Shown: positions 1 through 10,693 of the stretch, piece after piece
Numbering within the stretch: the stretch's first letter is position 1
How the letters are laid out: each line of letters opens with the position of its first letter
DNA from: Nitrososphaeria archaeon
Lineage (GTDB): Archaea > Thermoproteota > Nitrososphaeria > JACIWG01
Length of the DNA stretch: 64,000 nucleotides
Direction of reading: 5' to 3'
Assembly: GCA_963752255.1 (NCBI GenBank)
Contig: CAVVXT010000003.1
Span: forward strand, 32,001 to 96,000
Made by a program: the position numbers and the translations under genes
Notes under the pieces: model-generated
The model's input: the letters and a program-made list of their open reading frames with translations, nothing else
What the model was told of the DNA's origin: nothing
Database searches by the model: none

Positions 1-126
1 CGTTAGCAGAATAGAGAATTTAAAGATATCATGTAAGTTGCATAGATTGTTAAAAAACAAAATAGAAATGCTGGGCATCTTTGAGAAACCTTTAAGAGCC
101 TAATTACCATCATAACAAATGATTAA

Positions 127-738
127 ATGTTCTTTCGGCAAATAAAATACTTCAGCGACAACTTTTCTTATGTCATCGCAGACGAGGAAGTAAGAGAATC
201 AGTGGTCGTTGATCCAAGTTTTAACTTTGATGCCATAAAAAAGTTGCTTCAGGAATACAATTTAAAGGTCACATTTGTGATTAATACACACTACCATAGC
301 GACCATACAGCTGACAATAATAAATTTAAAACAGTATACACTGCAAAGATAGTCGCACATAAAATATCGCCTATTGAAAAAGATATCGGAGTCGAAGAGA
401 GTGATACCATAAAAGTTGGTAAAGACTCTATTAAGGTGATTCATACACCTGGTCATACGCCTGACAGCATATGTCTATTATGTAACACCAAATTACTTAC
501 AGGTGACACACTTTTTGTAGGAGAATGCGGTAGAACAGATCTGCCAGGAGGAAGCTCTAAAGACATGTACTTTAGTCTATTTAATAAACTAATGAAACTC
601 GACGATAATATTGAAGTATATCCTGGTCATGATTATGGAAGGTCTACGAGTTCAACGATTGGTAGTGAGAGAATTACAAACTATGTGCTTAAGAAAAGAT
701 CCCTTGAAGAATTCATAGAGTTTATGAGGCAACCTTAA
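127..738 (+). CDS. MBL-fold metallo-hydrolase (glyoxalase II/ETHE1-like)
   Basis: THYHSDH metal motif, TPGHT, TGDTLF, PGHDY. Confidence 0.9.
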   Translation: MFFRQIKYFSDNFSYVIADEEVRESVVVDPSFNFDAIKKLLQEYNLKVTFVINTHYHSDHTADNNKFKTVYTAKIVAHKISPIEKDIGVEESDTIKVGKDSIKVIHTPGHTPDSICLLCNTKLLTGDTLFVGECGRTDLPGGSSKDMYFSLFNKLMKLDDNIEVYPGHDYGRSTSSTIGSERITNYVLKKRSLEEFIEFMRQP

Positions 739-811
739 AATTCAAGATAGGTATAATCTATTGAAAAATCATCTGGTGTGATGAAGATTTAATTTAAAGT
801 TGATTTGTTCT

Positions 812-1696
812 TTAAATATATTCAAATATTTTGTTCTTAAGATCTTGGTAGGCTTCGGGTTTAAGTGGTAAAGATGGCTTCCGTGGGATACCTGCAGGCT
901 GACCTAGAATGTTTAAAGCTGCTTTTATAGAACTAATCTGATTGTACTTTTTGACCAGTAAATCTGTTAACAAAACTGCTTTTAACTGCAGTTTCTTAGC
1001 TTCCTCATGGTCTTTCTTGAGGAACGCCCTATAGATATCTGAGCAGAGCTTTGGTGCGACATTGGCGATGGCGACAATTCCACCAGATGCACCCATTTCT
1101 AGTGCGGGAAGTATCATATCTCCTGTGCCTGCGAAAATAGATACTCTATCGCCCACATGCGCTATGAGTTCTGAAATTCGCCCGATAAGTCCACTTGAAT
1201 CTTTTATTCCAATTATCTGGTTATATTCTTTTACAAGATTTCGTATGACGCTTATACTCATATTATAGTTTGTAAACTTTGGGACGTTATACAATATGAT
1301 GGGCATGTCAACTGCATCGAGCACTGCCTTAAAGTGGTTGAAAAGTTCATCATCATTTGGTATAAAGTAATATGGTGTAACAATTAGAGCGGCATCTGCG
1401 CCAGCATCCTTTGCATCTTTTGTAAGGGCAATCGTCTCACGAGTGCTGGCCGAGCCTGTACCCGCTATAACAGGTATTCGATTCTTCACTTCGTTAAGAA
1501 CGATTTCTAGTACTTTCCTTCTTTCTTCTCTAGTCATATACACCGCTTCACCGTTGCTTCCACATGACACCAGCCCATCGGATCCTGCATCTGTCCAATA
1601 TTGAACTAATTTTCGTAGAGCAGGTTCGTCAAGTTCTTCATCTTTTTTGAATGGCGTGATGTGTGGCGGTATTATACCAGAAATTTTTAGAACCAA
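812..1696 (-). CDS. DHDPS/NAL-family class I aldolase (DapA- or HOGA-like)
   Basis: GSNGE, TPYY, YNVP and GIKDS (Schiff-base Lys). GSNGE instead of GTTGE and no Arg after YNVP argue against canonical DapA. Confidence 0.85.
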   Translation of the reverse strand: MVLKISGIIPPHITPFKKDEELDEPALRKLVQYWTDAGSDGLVSCGSNGEAVYMTREERRKVLEIVLNEVKNRIPVIAGTGSASTRETIALTKDAKDAGADAALIVTPYYFIPNDDELFNHFKAVLDAVDMPIILYNVPKFTNYNMSISVIRNLVKEYNQIIGIKDSSGLIGRISELIAHVGDRVSIFAGTGDMILPALEMGASGGIVAIANVAPKLCSDIYRAFLKKDHEEAKKLQLKAVLLTDLLVKKYNQISSIKAALNILGQPAGIPRKPSLPLKPEAYQDLKNKIFEYI

Positions 1697-1833
1697 AATA
1701 AGTCGTTTAAACCAACTTACGACAATTTATAAATGTTGCTTTAAGAGGGAAAAAAGCTTATGCCACGTTATATATTTAATTTTAAGACTAAAAAATAGAA
1801 CTTTGGCAAGAAAAAAAATATTTTGTTTTCAAA

Positions 1834-1841
1834 TTTATATA
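1834..1841 (+). promoter_or_regulatory. TATA box upstream of the Lys-rich microgene
   Basis: TTTATATA about 30 nt upstream of ATG 1873. Confidence 0.45.
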
Positions 1842-1872
1842 TGTCGATTTTGTAGTATGACTGAAGGAAGAA

Positions 1873-1926
1873 ATGCCAGAAAAAAAGAAAGTTGCTAAAA
1901 AGAAAGTAGCCAAGAAGACTAAGTAG
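1873..1926 (+). CDS. 17-aa lysine-rich micropeptide MPEKKKVAKKKVAKKTK (not in ORF track)
   Basis: ATG 1873 to TAG 1926; purine-rich GAAGGAAG just upstream; TATA upstream; T-tract downstream; KKKVAK repeat uses different synonymous codons. Confidence 0.6.
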   Translation: MPEKKKVAKKKVAKKTK

Positions 1927-1951
1927 TTCTTCTGCATAGTATACTAACTTA

Positions 1952-1960
1952 TTTTTTTTT
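1952..1960 (+). terminator. Oligo-T archaeal terminator candidate
   Basis: T9 run about 25 nt after the micropeptide stop. Confidence 0.4.
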
Positions 1961-2046
1961 CAAGTTTAACTTAATTATAATTTTCGAAGGCTAAACGATA
2001 AACTTGTTAAAATATTTTTATCCATGCAGATGTTACTTACAAATAG

Positions 2047-2409
2047 TTGAGTGAACCTGATAAAGATTTTAAAGCATATGTTGTCGCATTGATCCTATCA
2101 AGAAAAACAGAGGTAGCGGTCCAAATTCTGAGTAATAAATATAGAGTTGACGTTCCAAATTTGGCGGTAGGTCATGTAAAGGGGAAAAAGAAGGCTGCCG
2201 GAGTATATGTAACAGCAAAGAAGTTGATATTGGTATCAAACGGTGAAAACCTGTGGGATCCATTTATTATCCTGCACGAATTTTACCATCATATAAGAAA
2301 TGAGGGTGGCAAACAACTAGGAAACGAAAAATTGGCTGATGCCTTTGCACGTGATTATATCAATGTTTTCAAGGAGCAGATATCACGCAAAACATTTTTT
2401 TCATCCTAG
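2047..2409 (+). CDS. Small HEXXH zincin-like protein
   Basis: ILHEFYHH plus downstream NEKLAD (possible third-ligand Glu). Confidence 0.7.
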   Translation: MSEPDKDFKAYVVALILSRKTEVAVQILSNKYRVDVPNLAVGHVKGKKKAAGVYVTAKKLILVSNGENLWDPFIILHEFYHHIRNEGGKQLGNEKLADAFARDYINVFKEQISRKTFFSS

Positions 2410-2464
2410 TTTAAGATCGCTGTCTTTTCTCTAACAAAATGCAATTCTTTCTGCTTTTCAATTT

Positions 2465-2878
2465 CTACTGAGTTTGAAAAATCTGTTTGCGATCGAATAA
2501 ATTGCCTTTTCCTATTCCGGGACATTCTTCATCGTAAATAATCAGGTATCTTTGGCCATCTGGGCCAGAAATTCTTATAGCAAAATTGTCAGCTTTAATA
2601 CCCAATTTTGTAAGATCGGATTCAAGCACCGACGAAAAAGGGTACATGCGACAGAGTTCAGGACGCTTTTCATAGATTGTGCATGAAATATGGTCTAAAA
2701 GGCAGCATACAAGTCCATTTTCTCTAAAAACTTTTCTTGTCGTTCGCCACTTTTTGTCTGCAAATTCTCTAAGCGTTTCCATCTCTATATCATTTAGTTG
2801 CACATCCAGATGACAGCATTTTGTGCACCTTTTGCACTTAAAACGAGTTGACAGGGTTACAAAGTTTAAATCTTGCAC
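2465..2878 (-). CDS. YkgJ-family CxxCxxCC Zn/Fe-chelating protein
   Basis: FKCKRCTKCC, CTIYEKRPELCRMYPF, CPGIG. Confidence 0.85.
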   Translation of the reverse strand: MQDLNFVTLSTRFKCKRCTKCCHLDVQLNDIEMETLREFADKKWRTTRKVFRENGLVCCLLDHISCTIYEKRPELCRMYPFSSVLESDLTKLGIKADNFAIRISGPDGQRYLIIYDEECPGIGKGNLFDRKQIFQTQ

Positions 2879-3042
2879 GGTGGATCTCTTAGACTAACTT
2901 ATTGGTAAAAGAAAAAGATATGCATTTTTCATTTAAAAAATGAGCACTTACAAAATTTCTAAAATACGCTTTTGGCTAATAGGAGCGCATCCCAAATTTT
3001 CACTTTATCTTTCTTTTATGTAATCGCTTATTAGACCACTTT

Positions 3043-4014
3043 GTGCAAGTCGTAGCGGTTGATAAAACATTGATTACCAAACGAGTAGCCTGCGTTGGAG
3101 TTGGGCTGATAGGTCATGGTTGGGCCACACTCTTTGCATGGAAAGGTTACGATGTAGCAATTTACGATATTAATGATGCCTCAACTAGGAAAGCACTGCA
3201 TGGAATAAAGCAAAATTTAATCCTTCTAAGTAAAGAAGATTTACTTGGAAAGGAATCGCTGGAAGCATGTTATAGGAGAGTAAAGGTTGCAAAAAGTTTA
3301 GATGTCGCTGTAAGTGATGCGCAGTATATTCAAGAATCGGTCTACGAAAAATATAAAATCAAAAAAGAAGTGTTCAAAATGGTAGATCGTTATGCACCAA
3401 AAGATGCGATAATTGCAAGCAGCTCATCGACTCTAAAAATGACTAACATACAGAAGTCTGCGAACAATCCGGAGAGATGCGTTCTAGTTCACCCGTGGAA
3501 TCCCACGTATCTCATGCCTTTAGTGGAGATCGTAAGTGGCAAGAAAACCTCTAAAGAAACTGTTAAGAACGCTAAGGAGTTTATGACCAAACTTGGTAAA
3601 GTAGCTATTGTGCAGAAGAAAGAGGTCAACGGTACAATAGGTAACCGTCTAGCGGCAGCACTTTGGAGGGAGGCTATAGATTTGGTCTATAAGGATGTTG
3701 CAGAACTTGAGGACATAGATAAAGCTGTTAATGCTGGACCTGGAATGCGATGGGCGATTATAGGACCACACCTTAGTTATCATCTTGGAGGTGGAAGTGG
3801 TGGAATAGAATATTATCTCCACCATATAGGACCAACAATGGCTTCCAGGTGGAGAACGCTTGCTAAGTGGACATCTATTCCTCCAGCTGCCGAAAAGAAA
3901 ATCATAGAAGGGATGAAGAGGACAAAGATATTGAAAGAGAAATCTATAGACGAGGTAATGGAATGGAGAGATAGAAGGTTAGCAATTCTTCTGAAGTCTT
4001 TGTATGATCAGTGA
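3043..4014 (+). CDS. 3-hydroxyacyl-CoA dehydrogenase family (L-carnitine/L-gulonate dehydrogenase-like)
   Basis: GVGLIG Rossmann motif, QESVYE, SSSS, HPWNP..LVE, GPGMRWA. Confidence 0.85.
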   Translation: MQVVAVDKTLITKRVACVGVGLIGHGWATLFAWKGYDVAIYDINDASTRKALHGIKQNLILLSKEDLLGKESLEACYRRVKVAKSLDVAVSDAQYIQESVYEKYKIKKEVFKMVDRYAPKDAIIASSSSTLKMTNIQKSANNPERCVLVHPWNPTYLMPLVEIVSGKKTSKETVKNAKEFMTKLGKVAIVQKKEVNGTIGNRLAAALWREAIDLVYKDVAELEDIDKAVNAGPGMRWAIIGPHLSYHLGGGSGGIEYYLHHIGPTMASRWRTLAKWTSIPPAAEKKIIEGMKRTKILKEKSIDEVMEWRDRRLAILLKSLYDQ

Positions 4015-4106
4015 CTTACATATTACAGGATTGATTTACTTTGTATATTGCTGCTTAAAAAATAATAATACTTATAAAGGGAGCTATAACGCTGTTATAG
4101 TGCCGT

Positions 4107-4583
4107 ATGTACTCTGAGAAATTGGAAAAAGCAGTGAAATATGGAGAAATCTTCAATATCGTTAAGATGGCTGTCGCCGAAAGGCTGGGCCTTCATCGGG
4201 CAGGGCTCTCCCTTGTTCTAATGGACCTTCCTCCGAACGTTCTAGGAATGCACCAGTTGGGTTCTAATAGCATAGTTATGGACAGTAAGATTCTGGATGC
4301 AGTTAATAGTGGATTAAGCAGCAAGATAGAACGTAACTCATATATCTTCGTCATACTTCTCCATGAATATCTTCACAGCTTTAACATATCTAGTGAACAA
4401 AAGGTAAGGGATCTTGTAATAGATGTCGTTGAATTCTCTTTTGGGAAAGGTCATCCTACTCATAATTTGGCTCGGAACCCTCTAAGCCTGTTCGGGAACA
4501 TCCCTATTACAATAAAGCGTTCTCCCAGCGAGCCGTCAATCATAAGAGATTTTGACAGAGAAAGTATGCCGTTTATAGGCTAG
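4107..4583 (+). CDS. Archaeal HEXXH hypothetical protein
   Basis: LLHEYLH with downstream Glu (SSEQ); TATA-like CTTATAAA about 30 nt upstream. Confidence 0.7.
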   Translation: MYSEKLEKAVKYGEIFNIVKMAVAERLGLHRAGLSLVLMDLPPNVLGMHQLGSNSIVMDSKILDAVNSGLSSKIERNSYIFVILLHEYLHSFNISSEQKVRDLVIDVVEFSFGKGHPTHNLARNPLSLFGNIPITIKRSPSEPSIIRDFDRESMPFIG

Positions 4584-4628
4584 TAAAGTCTTTAAAGAAT
4601 GCTAAATATCTGGGTTCGATGATTAGTA

Positions 4629-5624
4629 ATGAAATATGTTAGACTTGGGTGGTCGGGTCTAAAAGTCTCCCAGGTTACTTTAGGCTGCTGGCATTTTGGT
4701 AACTCTGAACCTTGGATGGTGGAAAAAGTTGAAGCGAAGAAGGTTGTTGACAGGGCCTTAGATCTTGGTATAAATTTTTTTGATACAGCTAACGTCTACT
4801 CGCTTGGAAGGTCCGAGGAGATTGTTGGAGAGTTGCTTAAAGATGTTAGGGAGGACGTTGTCGTCGCTACGAAGGTCTTTAATTTGATGGGGGATAAGCC
4901 TAATCAAGGAGGTCTTTCTCGTAAGCATATATTAGACCAGGTGAAAGAATCGCTTAACCGGCTTCAAACGGATTATATAGACCTCTACCAGACGCATAGG
5001 TGGGACTATGAAACATCAATTGATGAAACTCTTTCAACCCTGAACGATCTTGTTAGAAGTGGTTTAGTCCGATATATTGGGGGTTCTAGTATGTGGGCTT
5101 GGCAGTTTTCTAAGGCTTTGTATGCGAGTGAAATCAAGGGTTATGAGAAATTTACAAGCATGCAGGACAAGTGGAATCTGCTGTACAGGGAAGAGGAAAG
5201 GGAGATGGTGCCCCTATGCAAAGACCGGAACATAGGAATAATCCCATATAACCCGATAGCAGTCGGTCTTCTTGCAGGACGATTTATTAAAGATGGAAAA
5301 ATAATGTTGGAAAAAACTGATATGAAAAGACTGCAACCTGATAACAGGATCTCTTCATACTACTATAAACCGTATATCGAACCTCCAGAAAATGCTGGAA
5401 TAGTAAAAAGGGTTATAGAGGTGGCACAAAGTAAAGGCGTAAAACCTGCGCAGATAGCTCTTGCTTGGCTGTTTTACAGAGGGGCTACGGCTCCAATTAT
5501 TGGGACATCGAACCCTGAACATGTACAGGAAGCAGTGGATGCTATAGATATCACTCTTTCAAACGACGAAGTAAAATATTTAGAGGAACTATACAAACCT
5601 AAACAGATTTCGGGGCACAAGTAA
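4629..5624 (+). CDS. Aldo/keto reductase
   Basis: FDTANVY, VATK, DLYQTHRWD, PIIG. Confidence 0.95.
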   Translation: MKYVRLGWSGLKVSQVTLGCWHFGNSEPWMVEKVEAKKVVDRALDLGINFFDTANVYSLGRSEEIVGELLKDVREDVVVATKVFNLMGDKPNQGGLSRKHILDQVKESLNRLQTDYIDLYQTHRWDYETSIDETLSTLNDLVRSGLVRYIGGSSMWAWQFSKALYASEIKGYEKFTSMQDKWNLLYREEEREMVPLCKDRNIGIIPYNPIAVGLLAGRFIKDGKIMLEKTDMKRLQPDNRISSYYYKPYIEPPENAGIVKRVIEVAQSKGVKPAQIALAWLFYRGATAPIIGTSNPEHVQEAVDAIDITLSNDEVKYLEELYKPKQISGHK

Positions 5625-5919
5625 ATTTAAGGAATCCTCTGACAAATAATTAAACGGTTATAAGTAGAATCCTAATCGAATACCAATAATTAAACCATTC
5701 AAAACTGGGGAAGAGTAAGTTCCTTTGTTTATTTCTTAATTTGGAATACACTAGATTATGAAAATTCAGTTGTCATTATCTTCTAGGAATGATGCGATGT
5801 TCTTATATTCAGAGCATCCTTGTCGCAAAACCGTATCGGAAGAAGATATCAAAAGGATTTTTACAGAATAGCTCGCACGCATTCAGCAATAAAGGGGTAG
5901 AAAAGGGGAGCCGTTTTTG

Positions 5920-6285
5920 TCATTTTTTAAAGAATCCTAGAACTCCACCAATTATACCAAAGAACAAGCCAACAAATAATCCGCCGACAGTGTAGAAGAG
6001 GCCTAGGATGGAAAATACTATGACAATAATGCTGCCTATCATTTCTCTACCAGGCCTTTTTATCAGAAACGCTCCGACAATTACCATCATGGCCAATAAA
6101 AGTCCTATTATGACTGTTATTGTGACATCCCCGGATGTGAAGGGTAGAACCGACGTGTCGTTGGTGTTCTGAATTGAAGTGTAGGCAGGGAGCAGTAGTA
6201 AAGCGAAGAATGCATCGATAATTCCACCGATCAGTGAAAACATGAATCCATATCTAGCACTTTTAACTGGACCTGCCTCCATCAT
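5920..6285 (-). CDS. Small multi-pass membrane protein (DUF6114-like)
   Basis: About four hydrophobic helices; C-terminal GGLFVGLFFGIIGG. Confidence 0.7.
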   Translation of the reverse strand: MMEAGPVKSARYGFMFSLIGGIIDAFFALLLLPAYTSIQNTNDTSVLPFTSGDVTITVIIGLLLAMMVIVGAFLIKRPGREMIGSIIVIVFSILGLFYTVGGLFVGLFFGIIGGVLGFFKK

Positions 6286-6474
6286 TTTTTCTCTTTTGTC
6301 AATGTAATATAAAGTTGATTATAAGTCTTTTTTCCAGAGAATGGTCGAAGATCTTTTGACTTTTTCGAAGGAGATAGATAGAAACCTGCATACAGAGTTA
6401 AGATGATTCTAGAAACAATAATTATCGCCTACGAAATTAGAAATAAGGAAATAAATTATTATAGTAATAATTTA

Positions 6475-7791
6475 TTATTCATATCTTAAAGCCTTTATTG
6501 GCTCCATTCTTGATGCACGCCATGCTGGGTAGAGACCTGCAATGATGCTGACAGAGATTGCGATTATGAGTGAAATGAAAACGATTTCAGGGGTTATAAC
6601 CGGAGTATACGATAAACTTCCTGATGTGAATCCTCCGCCTCCTCCTCCTGCGAGTCCTCCTCCTCCTGCGAATCCTCCTCCTCCTGCGAATCCTCCTCCT
6701 CCACGAGCAGCTGCTGTAGTAGTAGCCGCTGCGCTTTGTCCAATACTTGAAGAACTCACTAATGAACTTAAAATAATGGGTATAATTGATGACACTCCTG
6801 CACCTAAAAGAATGCCAAAAATTCCGCCTAAAATGCCTATTATAGCAGATTCTGAGAGGAAGAGGCTTAATATATTTCTGTCTTTAAAACCTATAGCCTT
6901 CATTATACCTATTTCGTGAATCCGTTCATATACCGATACCAATTGAATATTCATTATTCCTACCCCTGCAACAATCAACGATATTGCAGCTATTGCACCA
7001 AGCAAAAGGCCAAGCAGAGATATTATCGAAGAAACAGAGCTTGAGATCGATGCTACTGAAATAATCGTAACGCCGCTTCCATAAATATCTGATAGCTGTG
7101 TTTGGACACTGCTTACATCATTTACATTATCAGCTTTGACTAATATTTCATTGTAATAATTTCTGTTCAATATACTCTCCATAGCGCTTATCGGAATGAA
7201 TATTGAAGTATCAGGAGAAATAAATGAACTTGAACCATACTGATCAAGCAAACCCACTACTATCATTGTTATGCTTCTGCTTGATGTCCCAACATTTTGT
7301 GTTAATATCAACGGTTGGCCAACGTAAGCAGTCTGCGAACCTCCAGTAGGAAACGTTAAACTATACCCCACTACAGCTACAGGAGCTGTAGTATCGGTGT
7401 ACACGCTTCCATCTCCGAGCTTTATACTGCCTAGAAGGGATTGAATGCTCTGGGAGTCTACACCTATCACCGATACGGTGGTCGGCGTCCCTGATTCGGT
7501 TAATGTAAATGAGGAAGTTATCATTGGTATAACAGTTTGAATATGTTGTAAGGTTTCTATGTTTGCGACAGTAGCTGCACTAAGTTGAGTTCTGCCTCCT
7601 ATAATAATTATCGATGTTGGGCCAAGGGATTCCAGCTCACCCGTAATACTCGCCTGTATTCCAGTCGTCTGCGAAACTAATGCTATGATTGCTGCAACTC
7701 CTATTACGACACTAAGGATAGTTATAGCAGCCCTTAATTTTCTTTCCCTAAGTCCTTTAAAACCGAGCCGAAGGACATCTGTTGCTCTCAT
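6475..7791 (-). CDS. MacB/FtsX-family ABC permease
   Basis: GIMNIQLVSVYERIHEIGIMKAIG; GLYPAWRASRMEPIKALRYE. Confidence 0.95.
   Translation of the reverse strand: MRATDVLRLGFKGLRERKLRAAITILSVVIGVAAIIALVSQTTGIQASITGELESLGPTSIIIIGGRTQLSAATVANIETLQHIQTVIPMITSSFTLTESGTPTTVSVIGVDSQSIQSLLGSIKLGDGSVYTDTTAPVAVVGYSLTFPTGGSQTAYVGQPLILTQNVGTSSRSITMIVVGLLDQYGSSSFISPDTSIFIPISAMESILNRNYYNEILVKADNVNDVSSVQTQLSDIYGSGVTIISVASISSSVSSIISLLGLLLGAIAAISLIVAGVGIMNIQLVSVYERIHEIGIMKAIGFKDRNILSLFLSESAIIGILGGIFGILLGAGVSSIIPIILSSLVSSSSIGQSAAATTTAAARGGGGFAGGGGFAGGGGLAGGGGGGFTSGSLSYTPVITPEIVFISLIIAISVSIIAGLYPAWRASRMEPIKALRYE
6628..6702. repeat. 18-bp in-frame tandem repeat (CCTCCTCCTCCTGCGAAT, about 3.6 copies) encoding GGGGFA repeats
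   Basis: Direct repeats read in the sequence. Confidence 0.85.
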
Positions 7792-9756
7792 TTACGGTTC
7801 CTCTCTCCTCCTCTTTCCTACCAAGTATCCAACTCCTAGCATTACAACTGCAATGACGATAAAAGGTGTTATAGAGTATAATAATCCTATACCTGTGCTT
7901 GTGTTACTTGAAGTACGTGTGGTCGTTATTGTAGAAGTCTGATTAGCAATGTTAACGTTAAGAGTTATTTTTGTCGATAAAGAATTTCTGAGGTTATCAA
8001 AATATGTTATTGTTACTGGCAACTGATACCTTCCAGGCTTTGTGGTGTTTGTTGTCTCGACGCTAATCGTAAAAGTTGTTGGGGTGTCAAGAGGCATGGT
8101 ACCTATAAAGACAGATGTAGAACCGAATACTCTAAAACCTTGAGGAAGCTGGGGTGTAGCAGTAACCGAAGCCGCGCTGATTGTGCCCACATTATTTATC
8201 GTAACAGTGGCTGAAAAAATCGAGCCAATTGTTGGAGCAGTTGGTAAAATAGTTGAAGAAACAACCTCCATGTCGACTAAACCCTGCGCAAGAATACCAA
8301 AATTCCTTACTACTTGGTTTAATATTCCATTTGAATCATAGTAATTAATCGAAATCTGCAATTGTGTTGAAGCAGTAGCTGTTGACGAAACATAGGCTTT
8401 TCCTGTTATTTGAGCGCTCTTTCCAGGTGCAAGTTCGTCTATCTGGAAGATGGACGGCTGAAGCCAAGTAAGCGAGCTACCTGCAAAAACGAATGTCATA
8501 GAAACACCATTTATTTGAGTTGTTCCCTCATTTGCGATGGTTATCGTGATGTTGTTCACTTCTCCTGACACTAGGGTCGTTGGCTGAACGTTCAACGTAA
8601 TAGGAGATATATTCGATGTTGTACTCAATAGGAAGCTTAGGGTTCTACTACCACTTCCAACAATCCCTGAAGGGTCGAGATAAGAGAAAGTGAATGAAAT
8701 CGAGGCTGCATTGGTAGCAGAAGGTGGAACATAAACCAAAGCAGAAATATTCTGGCTCCGATTAGGGTTCAGTGTTCCAATATTAATTACATCTGTGCTT
8801 AGAAGAGTTATAGGAGATTGAGCGCTTAGTTCAAGTGAAATGTTACTAACAACCGTTTGTCCATCGTTTTCAAAGGTAAAAGTGACTGGGGTCGTACTGC
8901 CAGGTGCTAGAATATTAGTGGAAGAAGATAGCTTCAAAATTGGAGTGCTGTAAGATTTGACTACAAATCCCAAGCTCGCACTCACAGTTTTGGAATTAGA
9001 ATATGCATCTTTGTAGATTGCCGTAAAAGAAAAAGTCATAGGCGTATTTCCTTCAGAAGGGGGAATATATACTGAAAGGTTCAATATTGTAGAAGAATGA
9101 GCATTTAGCGTAGGAATCAATGCAAATTGGTTCAACAAACTGGTCTGCGCAGGTACAACTGCAGAAATGGAAATATCCGACGCATTTCCGATCCCTGTGT
9201 TGTCCAATTGAATTTGGACGTCGTTTACTTGGTCTGGGATAAGGTAGACTTGCGATGTGTTGAAGCTAAGATTTACATCACCCCTCAATTGAATAGAGAA
9301 TGAGGTTGATTCTTCTGAGCCGATCATGATTGGAGGTGTTACCCATGACAAATTCATTGGAAAAGAGTGCCAGCCAAGAGAAACATTACTATCAATGTTC
9401 AACATAAAGTTGAGTTGAAAAACTGAACTGGGAGTGGCAGATACGTAATAAGCAACGGCACTATTACTACCGTTTGTATCTGTAAATCCACTGGGAAGAT
9501 TCAATGTCGCTTGTATATTTGATGCAGAACTAGGAACTATGGCATTACCGTAGTATTGTACGTTAAGCGTTAAGGGAACATTATTGTCACCAGGACCTGC
9601 CTGTACTGGAGAAGATGGTGTGCCCCAAAAGGCTGATTGCACAAAAAAAGCTAAAGTTGACGCTTCCGCGGTGTTGTTTGTGTATGTGCTTGTAACAATC
9701 GGCAATAAGAACAAGAACAGTACTAAGATTACTGTAATCAACATTCTTTTTTTCAT
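7792..9756 (-). CDS. COG1361 S-layer-domain/CARDB-like surface protein
   Basis: Signal peptide, repeated Ig-like modules (N.G..A..V; Y.D), Thr-rich linker, C-terminal TM with basic tail; lies between ABC ATPase and permease. Confidence 0.85.
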   Translation of the reverse strand: MKKRMLITVILVLFLFLLPIVTSTYTNNTAEASTLAFFVQSAFWGTPSSPVQAGPGDNNVPLTLNVQYYGNAIVPSSASNIQATLNLPSGFTDTNGSNSAVAYYVSATPSSVFQLNFMLNIDSNVSLGWHSFPMNLSWVTPPIMIGSEESTSFSIQLRGDVNLSFNTSQVYLIPDQVNDVQIQLDNTGIGNASDISISAVVPAQTSLLNQFALIPTLNAHSSTILNLSVYIPPSEGNTPMTFSFTAIYKDAYSNSKTVSASLGFVVKSYSTPILKLSSSTNILAPGSTTPVTFTFENDGQTVVSNISLELSAQSPITLLSTDVINIGTLNPNRSQNISALVYVPPSATNAASISFTFSYLDPSGIVGSGSRTLSFLLSTTSNISPITLNVQPTTLVSGEVNNITITIANEGTTQINGVSMTFVFAGSSLTWLQPSIFQIDELAPGKSAQITGKAYVSSTATASTQLQISINYYDSNGILNQVVRNFGILAQGLVDMEVVSSTILPTAPTIGSIFSATVTINNVGTISAASVTATPQLPQGFRVFGSTSVFIGTMPLDTPTTFTISVETTNTTKPGRYQLPVTITYFDNLRNSLSTKITLNVNIANQTSTITTTRTSSNTSTGIGLLYSITPFIVIAVVMLGVGYLVGKRRREEP

Positions 9757-10544
9757 GCTTGTAGCACCTCCTCTTTCTCTACTTTACCATCTCTTAGGTA
9801 GATGATTCTACTAGAATATTTTGTGATTTCCATATTATGGGTTACCATTACAATTGTCACATTCCTTTCAGTACTTATAGCCTTAAGAAGGGAAGCAACA
9901 ATTGCCGAGGTTTTAGAATCCAAATTGCCCGTGGGCTCATCAGCTAATATTAATGAAGGATCGTTCACAAGAGCTCTAGCTATAGCAACGCGTTGTTGCT
10001 CACCACCGCTAAGCTCTTTAGGTTTCTTATTCACCTTGTCCGCCATATTAAGTTGGCCAAGAAGAGTAACTGCCTTCTCTTTTCTTTTAGAACTTGGAAC
10101 GCCAAGTGAGATAAGAGGAAGCTCAATGTTTTCTCTTGCAGTTAAATATGGAACGAGATTATAAGTCTGAAAGATGAAGCCTAAAGATTTATTTCTAATT
10201 TTTGCTAACTGATTACCCTTCAAGTTTGAAGTGTTAATACCGTTGAGAAATACCTCCCCTTTTGTTGGTGTGTCCAATGTGCCGATCAAATCAAGAAGGG
10301 TTGTTTTTCCACTACCTGAAGGTCCGACAATTGAAACAAATTCTCCTCTCTTTACAGTGATTGAAACACCACTTAAAGCGGGGTATTCGACTGTTCCTAG
10401 TCGATAGACTTTCCAGAGATCATTAGTTCTAACAGTCTCATTCGTTTGTTCTCTATGATTCTTTGTACTTAGATCTTTATTTTCTGTATTAGTAACTGAA
10501 CCTTTATCATTATACGTTGCAAAAATAGTTTCACTGGTTGACAT
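9753..10544 (-). CDS. LolD/MacB-type ABC ATP-binding protein (start probably ATG 10544)
   Basis: [28 protein letters not shown]. Confidence 0.95.
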   Translation of the reverse strand: MSTSETIFATYNDKGSVTNTENKDLSTKNHREQTNETVRTNDLWKVYRLGTVEYPALSGVSITVKRGEFVSIVGPSGSGKTTLLDLIGTLDTPTKGEVFLNGINTSNLKGNQLAKIRNKSLGFIFQTYNLVPYLTARENIELPLISLGVPSSKRKEKAVTLLGQLNMADKVNKKPKELSGGEQQRVAIARALVNDPSLILADEPTGNLDSKTSAIVASLLKAISTERNVTIVMVTHNMEITKYSSRIIYLRDGKVEKEEVLQA

Positions 10545-10693
10545 ATCAATGACGATAACACTGCGGGATAGAAATGAGTTATTTAAGTGTTTTTCAAAAT
10601 TAAGCCAAATTCTTTTCTGAAACAAAGTTAACAGAACTCTAGCAATAACCATTTTAAAATTTAATACCATATAGTGTTGAATATTATGTTAGT

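Noticed and set aside
1647-1898. 83-aa ORF in the track
   Set aside because: Overlaps the DHDPS-family gene start and its promoter; the 1873-1926 frame explains the region better
5789-5995. 68-aa ORF and a possible Fe-ADH C-terminal relic near 5790-5871
   Set aside because: Too short, and the similarity is too weak to support
6628-6702. Tandem repeat as a CRISPR array
   Set aside because: No spacers; it is an in-frame coding repeat
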